Positions 38,306-47,894 of a stretch of 64,000 bases of DNA are shown in pieces. The stretch is taken from the IMG/VR virus record IMGVR_UViG_3300025707_000004, one strand, 5' to 3'. Below the pieces are notes generated by a model. The model was not told the origin of the DNA, ran no database searches, and saw only the letters and a program-made list of their open reading frames with translations. Position 1 is the first letter of the stretch, and every line of letters starts with the position of its first letter. The translations under genes were made by a program, and so were the position numbers. The stretch comes from a virus.

Positions 38306-40012
38306 CTATAGCGTCCAGAGGTCGAAGTGGTAGTCCGCACAATTACGGATGTCCGGTCGGGAGCCAGGAGCCCCACACCGCCACTGCTTGTTGAAGTTCG
38401 TGATGGCCTCGTCGGCAGCCATCTCGGGCCAGATGCGCCGGTCCAGCTCGCGACCGATGAGGTCACCCAGGTCGCCTCCTTGCAGCCCCAGCTCGATGGG
38501 CGGGTGCAGCAAGCCCCGTTCACCCGCCCCGACCATGCGGTCAGCGAAGTAGACGGGTATCTCGTTCAGCCCCGGGATGGGGATGATTTTCGGCGTGTTC
38601 ATAAGCCGCCCGAATTCTGGGTGGGCAAACTGCTCGGGGAGAGCGCCGATGAGAAGGGCGAAGTCGTCGGAAGGGCCTCGCCCGAACCAGTACTCCACGT
38701 CCGTGTGCCGCCCTGCGGTGGTTTCCACGAGCGCGTGCGCGAGGTAGTCCTGGGCTTGGGTAGCCCGACCGTACCAGCGCTCACACGCCCACATGCCCCG
38801 ACGCAGGTCATCGGCGTCGTTGATGTCGATTTCGAGGCACCACTCCGAGGGGTCGAAGGTCGGCGTCGTGTACTTCATCTCGATAATCTCGTTCCACGAG
38901 TCCCAGCCCCGGTCATGCTCGCAGAGGATTCCGCGTGCATCCGGCCAAGGCCCTCGGTCTCGGACGAGCCCATCGGCGTATCGACGCCGCCCAGCAGGCA
39001 GGTGGACCACGGCGGTATCGGGGTCCATGTCTTCGCCTTCGAGCAGCATCCGTCTCCACAGCGCGGGCGGGACCACCATGTCGGTGGCTTGCGTCCTGTA
39101 GAGGGGCACACGGGGATTGCCCCCGGCGTTCGAGCAGAAGACGTTCCCCGAGCCGGGCAGCTCAGGGTTGTTGAGGATGATGAGCAGGTCGCACGCGAAT
39201 ATCTCGAACTCGCGCCACGCCAAGAGGGCTGCGTTGGGGTCACCCTCGCGGTCGATGCGGTCGCCCTCGTACATGATGCTGTAGAGGAACGACCCCGCTC
39301 GCTGCCCAACGTCCCCAGGCAGGTTGTTGAGGGCCGCGGCGTAAGCCACGTCCTTCGCCTCCTCACACGAGACGGCCTCCTCCATCTCGGCCACAGCAGG
39401 CATGCCGCCATCCTCACCACCCGCGGCGATGTTGATGCCCCCGTCACCACACGCCGCCCCGGGACCGAGGTCGAACGTGTTGATGTCGGCACAACGCTGG
39501 AGCGCGCACGCACCGACGTTACCCACGGGAGCCCCAACACCAGCAGGGCACTGGCCAAGGGGGAACTCCAAGCACGCCTCCGGGTAGAGGATGACCCCGC
39601 CCTCGCCTTCGAGGATGACGTACTCGTTCTCCTCGGCGCACACGGGCAAGATGTTGCCCAGGTCCCCCTCGTCTGGCGCTGCATCCAGCACCGTGCACGA
39701 GAAGCTGTGGGTCAGGATGGGGATGTCCACCAGACCAACTCGGGTGTTCTGCACCCAAGACCGGAACCGCCCTGTAACGGCGGTGCACGAGCCGCGGCAG
39801 TCACCCGCTCGGGTCACCACCTTCCAGCCGTAGCCAGCCACCAAGGGGTCGGCCTCGACCTCGCTGTGCGCGAGGCGGGGGTCGCAGATGTCCCCTTGGT
39901 CACCACGAAACTCCCCCGCTCCAGGGGCGGGCATGCACGCGCCCCCGTTGACGCTGTACTCCAACCCGTTCCCGCAGCAGCCCGCGAGGAAGAGAAGCGT
40001 GAGCAGCCTCAC
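38306..40012 (-). CDS. Cys-rich lipoprotein with C-terminal PD-(D/E)xK (Tox-REase-like) nuclease-like domain
   Basis: Lipobox LAGC; YADG...IIEMKY...QAQDY...VEYWF. Confidence 0.55.
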   Translation of the reverse strand: MRLLTLLFLAGCCGNGLEYSVNGGACMPAPGAGEFRGDQGDICDPRLAHSEVEADPLVAGYGWKVVTRAGDCRGSCTAVTGRFRSWVQNTRVGLVDIPILTHSFSCTVLDAAPDEGDLGNILPVCAEENEYVILEGEGGVILYPEACLEFPLGQCPAGVGAPVGNVGACALQRCADINTFDLGPGAACGDGGINIAAGGEDGGMPAVAEMEEAVSCEEAKDVAYAAALNNLPGDVGQRAGSFLYSIMYEGDRIDREGDPNAALLAWREFEIFACDLLIILNNPELPGSGNVFCSNAGGNPRVPLYRTQATDMVVPPALWRRMLLEGEDMDPDTAVVHLPAGRRRYADGLVRDRGPWPDARGILCEHDRGWDSWNEIIEMKYTTPTFDPSEWCLEIDINDADDLRRGMWACERWYGRATQAQDYLAHALVETTAGRHTDVEYWFGRGPSDDFALLIGALPEQFAHPEFGRLMNTPKIIPIPGLNEIPVYFADRMVGAGERGLLHPPIELGLQGGDLGDLIGRELDRRIWPEMAADEAITNFNKQWRCGAPGSRPDIRNCADYHFDLWTL

Positions 40013-40524
40013 GGTACGTACCCCTCGGTTATGGCTTCACTCAGCGCCGCGATGTCGGCCTTGAGCGCCATCAGCTGCTCGTGGGTGATTTCCTGCGGGA
40101 TGTACCCCTCGACATGGAGACGCTGCCCCGGGATGTAGCGCCCCTCCTCCGTGGGCACGTGGACGTCGTTGGTCGACGCTCCCCCGACCGGGGTTTGGAT
40201 GACGACCCCCTCACCCTTGTTGGTGAAGGCGACCTTGGTCCCCGGTAGCTCATTCCAGCCGACGACGAGCGCGATGTCGTCCGGGCTGCCCTTCTGGGGG
40301 AGGATCCTGTCCATCCCCCACTTGTACGCCTCGTCGATGTACTCGACAGGCGCCGGGCTCGTCGAGCCGGGGATACCGGTGACGATGCTCAGTTGGGGTT
40401 GGGTCAACGCCTGCCCGACGTTCTTGACCAAAAAGGTCCGCTCGGTCACGCCGGGCAGACCGGGCTCCGGGGCATCGCAGCCCTGAATCCCAGCGAGGAT
40501 GAACAGATAAACGAGTGCACGCAT
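40009..40524 (-). CDS. Putative lipoprotein
   Basis: MRALVYLFILAGIQGC lipobox-like; AAGGAGG RBS; promoter 40636-40664. Confidence 0.6.
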   Translation of the reverse strand: MRALVYLFILAGIQGCDAPEPGLPGVTERTFLVKNVGQALTQPQLSIVTGIPGSTSPAPVEYIDEAYKWGMDRILPQKGSPDDIALVVGWNELPGTKVAFTNKGEGVVIQTPVGGASTNDVHVPTEEGRYIPGQRLHVEGYIPQEITHEQLMALKADIAALSEAITEGYVP

Positions 40525-41288
40525 GGCGCACCTCCTTGTAGCACCCGCGCAGTGCGGAGTGCCGGTTGTGGACCTCAAGTGGTCCGTGCTTAACCCCTTC
40601 GGGCACGGTTGATGGAGGCGAGTTCCTCCATAGTCCTTATGCCCAAAACATGTAGGGGTCTTGCAGGTAAGAAGCGCGCCCAGGAAGGGCAGCGCTGCCC
40701 CCGCAGGACGCGGGGACTTAGGCGGTGAGGTGCTGTGCTGCGCGGGCTAGCGAGGGGATGCTCACGGCTGCCTCTCGCAGCACGTTTGCACGCCGTCGCA
40801 GGTCGGCGACACGGCACAGTCCGGCCGTGCCGTGGGTGGCCGCCGTGGAGGCTTTCACCTCCAGCTCCGCCGCCCGGAGCAGGCAGCCATCGCTGACCTG
40901 CTTCGCTCGCGCGATGGCCAGCGGCCACTCCAGCTCCGCCGCCTTCACCTCGCAGACCACTCGGGCCTCGCGCGGTAGCCGGGCCTCGACCTCGACGAGG
41001 TCGCTGAATGACCCCACCAGCCGGGCGTTGAGCCGGCGCATCTGCTCCGTCCGCTCCTCTCGCACCTCGGAGAGCGCCACTCGGCGCTCGTTCCAGTTTT
41101 CGAGGCGCCGCAGCGCCTCCTCAATTCCTTCGATAATCCACGCTACGATTGCGCGAAACATATCTCTCTCCCTCTTCCTGGTGGTTTAGACACAGACACT
41201 CTCCCGGAAGGCACGACCAGCCTAGTCATGCATTCGGGGAGCCACACACGGATGACGGCAGTGTGTGAGTGCCGATGGAACCGGGCGG

Positions 41289-42260
41289 TCAGCGGGCGAG
41301 GCGCTGCTCGGCGTAGAGGTCCCGCAGCAGCTTCACCGCGGCGTGGAGCTGCTCGATGCTCAGCTCCACGCCGCGCGGCCCACCACCGATGGCCTCGCGA
41401 CCACCCCAGCCCGGGGCGTTGGTGACCTCGCCCAACGCCTCGAAGACGTTCTTGAGGCCGCCTGGGCCGAACATCTCCTCCGCGACCGCCTCGTTGGGGC
41501 AACCAACGGTGATGCCACTGGTCGCCGCGACCCGAGCGATGACCACCGGGCGCAGCCAGCCCTTCGCCTCGTTCGCCGAGCCCGTCCCCTGCAGCCGGGA
41601 GTACCAGACATCGAAGCCCCAGGTTCGGGACGCCTCGACGAACCCGATGGCATGGTCCTGACGGACGTCCTCTGCCGCTGCCGCCTCCCGCCGCGCAGCC
41701 TCGGTGGTGAGGCCCGCCGCCAGCAGCGGCCGGTGGGCCGGGTGACCCGATACCAGCTGCTTCCACAGGCCCACCCCCATCTCGCCGGACAGCGAGGTCT
41801 GCGGGGCGCCCGCGGTCAGGGCGTTCCACGTGAGGACGACGTCGCCGCCCTCCTCTTCGGACAGGTCCCACCCGATGGGGTCCGTGTCCACCTTCGCGAT
41901 GAGCGCCGCCAACTCGGTCAGGTCCTTCTGCGCGCCCCGGTGGAGGTGGGGCGGCAGGGCGGAGACGTCCGCCTGCGGGTGCGGGAGGATTCCCGCGAGA
42001 GACGCGACCGCGAAGGTCGCGTCCGCGTCGGGCTGCCCGACGATGACGAAGCGTGGGTCCTCGCGCCGCGCGCCGTAGTGGTCGCGGTAGGCGCGGAGAG
42101 CGACGCTCTCCAGGTGGGAGAGCGCCCCGTGGTGGTCCATTTGCAGGTCGTCCGTGATGGACTCCCCGCCGATGGAACACTCCACAGGGCAGAAGCCCTG
42201 CGCTACGAACTTGCGGACCTGCTCGGGCGAGTTCGTCACGCGAACGATAATGGCCGGCAT
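41289..42260 (-). CDS. DHH-like phosphoesterase family protein
   Basis: MDHHG, PDADA, C-terminal WGGRE.IGGGP; promoter 42325-42353. Confidence 0.55.
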   Translation of the reverse strand: MPAIIVRVTNSPEQVRKFVAQGFCPVECSIGGESITDDLQMDHHGALSHLESVALRAYRDHYGARREDPRFVIVGQPDADATFAVASLAGILPHPQADVSALPPHLHRGAQKDLTELAALIAKVDTDPIGWDLSEEEGGDVVLTWNALTAGAPQTSLSGEMGVGLWKQLVSGHPAHRPLLAAGLTTEAARREAAAAEDVRQDHAIGFVEASRTWGFDVWYSRLQGTGSANEAKGWLRPVVIARVAATSGITVGCPNEAVAEEMFGPGGLKNVFEALGEVTNAPGWGGREAIGGGPRGVELSIEQLHAAVKLLRDLYAEQRLAR

Positions 42261-42501
42261 AGTTGACTCCTTCTGCAGCTCAGCTGCGTGGATGAAATGG
42301 GCGTAATTGCCCCTATGCATAGTTCTTATCCCCAAAAGCACTACCGCTTTTGCACCCTGGTAGACTCTAGGAATGCGGAAGAAAACAGGGTCGATTACGG
42401 GGCTGGTACTGGGCGCAGGGACACGCCGCGACTTCCTCAAGAAACTGCTCAAGGAAGCCGTCGTGCAGAAGCGGCGGCAAGCACTCGCCAAGAAGCCCCG
42501 G

Positions 42502-42516
42502 TATTAGCGGCTAATA
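42502..42516. repeat. TATTAG-N3-CTAATA palindrome
   Basis: tattagcggctaata. Confidence 0.85.
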
Positions 42517-43134
42517 CCTCAGCCGAAATAGCCGTCCTGGCACTCCTGGCAGAAGCGGGTGATGGCGTACTCCCGCTTGGAGAGTTCGTCTTTGAATTCG
42601 GTCGCGGGGCCACTGCACCGGACGCAGGTCTCTGTGGCCTCGGCCTTGGCGGGGGTGTTGCCCTCGAACGCGGCCTTGGCCGCCTCGGCAGTCACCCGCT
42701 GCATCTCGGGGGTTTGGTTCTTGTTGCTCACTCGCCCTCCTCGTCCACTCGCGTGATGATGTACTCAGCTGAGTAGAATTCCACATCCTCAGTGAAGCGC
42801 GGGTCGGTGTCGTCGAAGTAGCTGTCGTCAGGGTCCCGCCCGATGGGGTGGGTTAGCTCCAGTTCTCCTTCGAGGCGAATCGTCTGGAGGATGACTACCT
42901 TGTAGAGCGCGGTCATCGTCCTGGGTCCGGCCGGCGCCCAGCCGGTTACGTGGAGCACAGGGTCTCCGTTGTCGGTTGGCCATCCGGGCTCGTACTTGAT
43001 GCCCTCCAGCTCCGGCTCGTGCAGCTGCTTCCGGATGTACTCGAAGAAGGCTTTCCCGCCTTGGAGGTTGATGAGGTCCGTGAGACTGAGGGGGATGGTG
43101 CCGTTGACTTCTCGGCGGTCCTTGTGGTCTTCAC

Positions 43135-43719
43135 TCATGTCGACGGGAAGACGCTGAGGGAGTTGTTGAGCCACGCCTTGGCCGCGCGCTCAGCGAGGGC
43201 CTTGGCACCTTCTTTGGTCCCGCTGTACCCATCGCGCTCTGTCGCGCCCGTGACGCTCCAGACCCAGCCAAAGCCGTCGTTGTCATCGAACTCGTCGAGT
43301 TCGACGTTGAGGATGAGGCAGCCAGCGCGGGCTCGCTCGGGTTCGTCGGGGTCGGTGGGTCCGCCGTTGATGGCCGAGATGGCGGCGTTCCAACGCAGCT
43401 CGCTACTGGGGTGGAGCACCTCCTGGAAGGTGTAGGCGACCCAGCTGACCCGCATGTGTTTTTCGTCGATGTCCAGATAGTCTTCCCCGTAGACCACGGC
43501 GTCGAGGTAGTTGGCGGCCGTGATGAATTCGCACTCCTCGGGGTGCTGGTCGTGCCAGACGGCGTAGAGACCATGCTCTGGTTGGAGGTACAGGCTCCCT
43601 GAGCCTGCGCCCCTGGCCTTCCGAGGCGTGCGGCTGTTTCCCGCTTCTTCGGGCGGTGCGGGGGAGATTGAGTCCTTGTGGCGGAGGGCGGAAAAGAAGT
43701 CGAGTTCAGCAAGGGTCAT
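43135..43719 (-). CDS. Hypothetical protein
   Basis: 194-aa ORF coupled to 42728-43138. Confidence 0.6.
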   Translation of the reverse strand: MTLAELDFFSALRHKDSISPAPPEEAGNSRTPRKARGAGSGSLYLQPEHGLYAVWHDQHPEECEFITAANYLDAVVYGEDYLDIDEKHMRVSWVAYTFQEVLHPSSELRWNAAISAINGGPTDPDEPERARAGCLILNVELDEFDDNDGFGWVWSVTGATERDGYSGTKEGAKALAERAAKAWLNNSLSVFPST

Positions 43720-43753
43720 TTTGGGCCTATTCGTCTATGTGGACGTTTTACGT

Positions 43754-43894
43754 TCATACGTCGATGTGCTCACTGCGGGCGAGCTGGATGAGGTCCCAGG
43801 GCTGGAGTGTCACGAGACACTGTTGTCCGTCCATAAAGGATGTGCGGGTGATGTGGTCGGGGTCGGTCCAAGTGCGGAGAGTTGGGTAGGGCAT
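43754..43894 (-). CDS. 46-aa protein (or frameshifted tail of the upstream ORF) ending in tag SEHIDV
   Basis: Hand translation MPYPTLRTWTDPDHITRTSFMDGQQCLVTLQPWDLIQLARSEHIDV. Confidence 0.5.
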   Translation of the reverse strand: MPYPTLRTWTDPDHITRTSFMDGQQCLVTLQPWDLIQLARSEHIDV

Positions 43895-44126
43895 GGAACA
43901 CCAGTGAGTAGTGTGGTGATGAGTACGAGGCTGCCACGGTGGGAGTGGCGCACAATGGCTACGTCGTAGGGGAGCTTACGGCTGAGGCTGTGGTGCCACA
44001 CCAGGGCAGCGTCTACAGCTTCGCCAGGGGAGAGCCCAGGTAGCCTGTAGGCCCACTTTATGCCCTCGGCGGTGTAACTGGATAGCCATTGGCCTGGGAG
44101 AGGCTCAAAGACGCTTGGGTCCATGC

Positions 44127-44417
44127 CTAGCGGTCCGCGTGCATCGCGTCGGGGTCCCTGAGGCGGGCCTCTTCCTCGATGCGGTCCTCGACCACAGCCA
44201 GGAAGTGTTCGTCTTCGCACCGCTGGATGTCGCTCGCGACCTGGGCCAACCACGCGCGGTGGTTCTCCTCAGAACCGCCCACCAGGACCTTCTTGTGGGT
44301 GCCCCCAATCGCGGCGGCCTTCGCGAGTCTTTCCTTCTTTTCGCGGGCGGCTTGCTTGCGTTGCTTGGCCGCAGCGTTCCGTGCCCTTCGAGCCGCGGTC
44401 ACTATCTCGTCAAACAT
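44127..44417 (-). CDS. Small helical protein, tag variant AMHADR
   Basis: Start overlaps the tag of the upstream gene. Confidence 0.6.
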   Translation of the reverse strand: MFDEIVTAARRARNAAAKQRKQAAREKKERLAKAAAIGGTHKKVLVGGSEENHRAWLAQVASDIQRCEDEHFLAVVEDRIEEEARLRDPDAMHADR

Positions 44418-44610
44418 CGACGTGCATTTCCTCTTCTCGTTTCTGCGTGGCTACGATAACGGGCACCCCGTAGTCCCGTGCGCGCTTCTTCGCGGCGAAG
44501 GTTTTCCGTCGTGCTTGGGCCCAGTCCCACGTGTCGTACTGGAACTGGTCCTCTTCGTCGCGGCAGTCGGCACAGGTGCAGCGCGTGCCGTCTGCGTTCC
44601 ACAGGCTCAT
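44410..44610 (-). CDS. Small Cys protein with tag EMHVDV
   Basis: CTCADC; first gene after promoter 44650. Confidence 0.65.
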   Translation of the reverse strand: MSLWNADGTRCTCADCRDEEDQFQYDTWDWAQARRKTFAAKKRARDYGVPVIVATQKREEEMHVDV

Positions 44611-44704
44611 ATGCGGGGCTCCTCCAGTTGGGGTAATAGCTACTTGAAGCTTATGCCCAAAAGCGGCTGACTCTTGCGTCTTTTCGGTATAAGGCGGTGA
44701 GCCG

Positions 44705-44719
44705 TATTAGCGGCTAATA
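44705..44719. repeat. TATTAG-N3-CTAATA palindrome
   Basis: Between a plus-strand GGTATAAG (44686) and the RBS, an operator-like position. Confidence 0.85.
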
Positions 44720-44730
44720 AAGGGAGCAAG

Positions 44731-45180
44731 ATGGCGGAGCAGTTCTGCTACGGTCTGAGCGATTTCGAGGAGTACTTAGAGTCCATCAGCGACGTGCTGG
44801 AGTCGGTCAACGCGGTCACAGGGTTGGTATACATCGTCGAGGAGTACGCACCGTTAGTGGTGTCTGCCGAGTGGGTCGAAAACACCAGCGCGCACTTGGC
44901 GGAGATGTGGAACGAGCACTTCTCAGACGAGTACGGGAGCCTAGATGGTGAGTCGCCCGACAACCCCGCGGGCCAAGGCTCGGTCCAGGAGATGGAGGCC
45001 CTTCTGACGGGGTGGGCGAAGCGTGCCCGCGTTTGGCGGTGTGAGCCTACGGGCAGGAGCTTCACGGTGGAGGCCCAGGAAGACGGCGGCTATGTAATCC
45101 TCTTTACGGTCGGTCCGCCGTATGCCGACGGGAGACAGCCTACGCTAGGCTTGGTAGATGAGGTACATACGGATGTCTAG
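44731..45180 (+). CDS. Acidic protein with tag EVHTDV
   Basis: 149-aa ORF, GGGAG RBS. Confidence 0.65.
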   Translation: MAEQFCYGLSDFEEYLESISDVLESVNAVTGLVYIVEEYAPLVVSAEWVENTSAHLAEMWNEHFSDEYGSLDGESPDNPAGQGSVQEMEALLTGWAKRARVWRCEPTGRSFTVEAQEDGGYVILFTVGPPYADGRQPTLGLVDEVHTDV

Positions 45181-45784
45181 GCCAAAGACGGAGGGTGTAG
45201 GTGCGCAGGGGTAGTGAGAGGAAAAGACTGATGGTCACGCTGCGGTTCGATACCGCGAGTGCCCACGAAGGCGGGGACCAGCTCGTGGCAGAAACGGAGG
45301 CTGGGGTTCTAATCGCGAAGGTACCGCTGGCCCACAAAGGGCGGCATCCAAGGGCAGAGCAAGTGTTCATCGCCGAGCTGGTGGACTCGTTGCATCACGC
45401 AGAGGAGACGGAATGAACCCACTCGCGGAGCTGGACAAGCTCACGAAGAGGCTCGATATGCTGAGGTCGGCCCACGCTAAGGCTGTCTCGATAGGACTGG
45501 TCTTCAGAAAGTTCGTTGTCGAGGCGGATACCGCGTTCTTCTCCTCGTCAAGCGAGGAGTTCCCCGACTACTGGTGCAGCCTCAGTGTCGGCCTGACCGG
45601 AGACGGCGCGGTACAGCTGGACGTGGTGGACGAAGAGGAGTTTGTCCTCTTCGGGGTGGAGTACCCCAACTACGACGACATGGCAGAGGCCAAGACGATA
45701 CTGGATAGCCTCGGCGGGTAACCGAGGTGCCAGCTAAGAATGGGGCCGCGACTCGCGCAGCCCCATTTCTTACGTACACCCCGG

Positions 45785-45994
45785 CTAGACGTCGGTGTGG
45801 TACTCGGGCTCCGCCGGCTCTAGCGTGGGTAGCTTCTTCATGCGGATGGAGCTGATTTCTGTGAAGGGGACTTCGTGGCGGCTGGCCTCTGTCCACTTGG
45901 ACCCGTCAGGGTAAAGGACTTCGCGGGGAACCCTGCAGAGTTTACCGCGCCGGTACTTACGGCTGGGGGTGCCTTTGAATGCAATGTCGCTCAT
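45785..45994 (-). CDS. Small protein with tag EYHTDV
   Basis: ATGA-coupled start MSDIAFK; bidirectional hairpin at 45733-45772 downstream. Confidence 0.65.
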   Translation of the reverse strand: MSDIAFKGTPSRKYRRGKLCRVPREVLYPDGSKWTEASRHEVPFTEISSIRMKKLPTLEPAEPEYHTDV

Positions 45995-46197
45995 ACGTCC
46001 ACATGGTAGTCGAGCGGTGGGCCGGGTGGTGCAGGCACGGGCGCACTCCCGAAGCCTCCGGGGGCTCCGAAGCTCGCCACCTTCGCCACTCTGTCCCCGA
46101 AGAAGAAGTTCCAGGGCACCCCTAGCGACTCGATTACACGGCGCTCCCAGTACCTGTAGTCGATGTCGAGCCCGAGTGCGGTCGGCGGAATGTCCAT
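45991..46197 (-). CDS. Small protein with tag DYHVDV
   Basis: Pro-rich linker before the tag. Confidence 0.65.
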   Translation of the reverse strand: MDIPPTALGLDIDYRYWERRVIESLGVPWNFFFGDRVAKVASFGAPGGFGSAPVPAPPGPPLDYHVDV

Positions 46198-46472
46198 TAC
46201 CGGTCCTGGTGAAAGAGGTGGGCGCTGATGTCGCTGATCGGGATGCGTACCCCGCCACCGGGAAGGTAGCGCGTGCCCATGCTGGTGTCTAAAGTCATCT
46301 CGGGGTTGATTTGTATGTACGCCCCGCCGGGAGAGTCGTCGTCGCGGAGTGTGTAGCTCAGGTCGACCTTCAGGTGGTTGAGTAGGAAGTCGGCGATGTA
46401 AGGCTGTAGACGCCCCACAAAGCCTTCGTCGTTGAAGAGCCGAATGTAGTCTGCATCGGTGAAGTCGGGCAT
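46197..46472 (-). CDS. Small protein with tag variant LFHQDR
   Basis: TAATG coupling to the next gene. Confidence 0.6.
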   Translation of the reverse strand: MPDFTDADYIRLFNDEGFVGRLQPYIADFLLNHLKVDLSYTLRDDDSPGGAYIQINPEMTLDTSMGTRYLPGGGVRIPISDISAHLFHQDR

Positions 46473-46697
46473 TGATGCTCGTAGGTTGTTGGGGTCACTC
46501 GTCCCCTAGCCACACAACGACTAGGAAGAGCAAGACGACCGAGGCGGCGAAGATGTGGGACCAGAAGGTCCCGGGGTCGGGCAGCACGGCGGCCACCTTT
46601 CGTTAGAGAATGGGCGTTGGTTGGTAACCGTAGCCCCATAACTACAGGACCCTTATGCCTCTTTTCGGTCTGTTCTTGCCACTGGTTTTCTCGCGGT

Positions 46698-46712
46698 TAT
46701 TAGCGGCTAATA
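46698..46712. repeat. TATTAG-N3-CTAATA palindrome
   Basis: tattagcggctaata in a divergent intergenic region. Confidence 0.85.
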
Positions 46713-46749
46713 ACTGGTACAACGGGGCACACCATCAGAGAGCGTTGGC

Positions 46750-46977
46750 ATGAGCACGGTCCAGCAGGTCACAGGGAAAGTTGTGCAGCGGCGGCTGTTC
46801 TGTGACTGCGGAGAAGAGATGAAGTGTGTGGGGTTCGACCGGAGTAACTGGTCGTTGAGAGAGCTGGGCTCGACGCCGTACGCGTGCCCTGCCTGCGGGG
46901 AGAAGGAGTCCAGGGAGGGGCATGTGTACCCGCACATCGTGTTCATAGCGCGGGACGGTCGTGAGGAAGTGCTGTAG
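46750..46977 (+). CDS. Zn-ribbon protein
   Basis: CDCG...CPACG. Confidence 0.65.
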   Translation: MSTVQQVTGKVVQRRLFCDCGEEMKCVGFDRSNWSLRELGSTPYACPACGEKESREGHVYPHIVFIARDGREEVL

Positions 46978-47020
46978 CTAAGAAGGAGCGGGTTGCGGCC
47001 CACCCCTCCTCGGCTTTCGC

Positions 47021-47878
47021 CTACGACGGCAGAAGGCGAGCCTTCTGCTTCTTGCTCATCTGCCGCTTGTTGAGACAGACGGCCTGACGGCCGTACTCGT
47101 TCTGGAGGTTCCCGAACCGAACCTCGCTCATGGGCCGGTTGCTCCAGTTGTCGTTCCGGGTCGCAATCTGCATCCCGAGACGACCGCAGCTGACGTAGCG
47201 GCTGGTGGCCGAAGTGGGGTACGTGTGCCCCCGAACGACATTCGCCTGCCACGACCGCTTCGACTCCACCGTCTGCTGCAGGGTCGACTCCCGGTAGTTA
47301 GGCGACTCCTCGACGGGAACGAGGTCCCACATGAACCACACTCCGGCGACCTCCTCCAGCAGGAGGTCACCGACGATGCGGCACCCGCGCTGGGTGGCGA
47401 AGGGCTGAGTGGGCGCGCGACGGTACCGACGCGGCTTCTGGTTGAAGCGCAGCACCCCGTTGGTGGGGTGGACCCACAAACCATAGACAACGCTCCCCCC
47501 GCCGCCGTTCTCGGTCGGGAGGCTGATGGGCGTCTTGCCGTCCATCACCACGTGGAGCGTGACGATGTCGCCGGTGATGTGGTCCCGCACGTGCTGGGTC
47601 ATGGTCGACCCGGCGCGGAGGTCCGCACAAATCTCGGACCACACAGCGTCCCACTGCCGGTTGACGCAGGACCGGAGGTACCGGACCAGCGGGTTGAGGG
47701 TGTCGCTGAGCTGTTTCCGGTCGTAGCCGGTGCAGTCCCGCCAGTCAGGCCGCATGCGGCCCTTGTTCGTGGCGTCGCTCTGCCCCCGGAACGTCCGGCG
47801 CCGGCTCTTCGACGAGTGGTTGGAATTGTCACCGAAGCGCCCCCGCTCGATGACTTTGTAGCGCATGTCTTCGCGCAT
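47021..47878 (-). CDS. Conserved basic hypothetical protein (MRxDMxxxxIER...LNPL..YL...W..V.SEI family)
   Basis: Pattern recalled from bacterial hypothetical proteins; AGGAG RBS. Confidence 0.6.
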   Translation of the reverse strand: MREDMRYKVIERGRFGDNSNHSSKSRRRTFRGQSDATNKGRMRPDWRDCTGYDRKQLSDTLNPLVRYLRSCVNRQWDAVWSEICADLRAGSTMTQHVRDHITGDIVTLHVVMDGKTPISLPTENGGGGSVVYGLWVHPTNGVLRFNQKPRRYRRAPTQPFATQRGCRIVGDLLLEEVAGVWFMWDLVPVEESPNYRESTLQQTVESKRSWQANVVRGHTYPTSATSRYVSCGRLGMQIATRNDNWSNRPMSEVRFGNLQNEYGRQAVCLNKRQMSKKQKARLLPS

Positions 47879-47894
47879 TCTCTTCTCCTGTGGT

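Noticed and set aside
38327-40138. Long plus-strand ORFs (603 aa here; also 30492-31643, 19868-20749, 41265-42266, 51034-52041)
   Set aside because: Antisense shadows of real minus-strand genes in GC-rich DNA, with no RBS or motifs.
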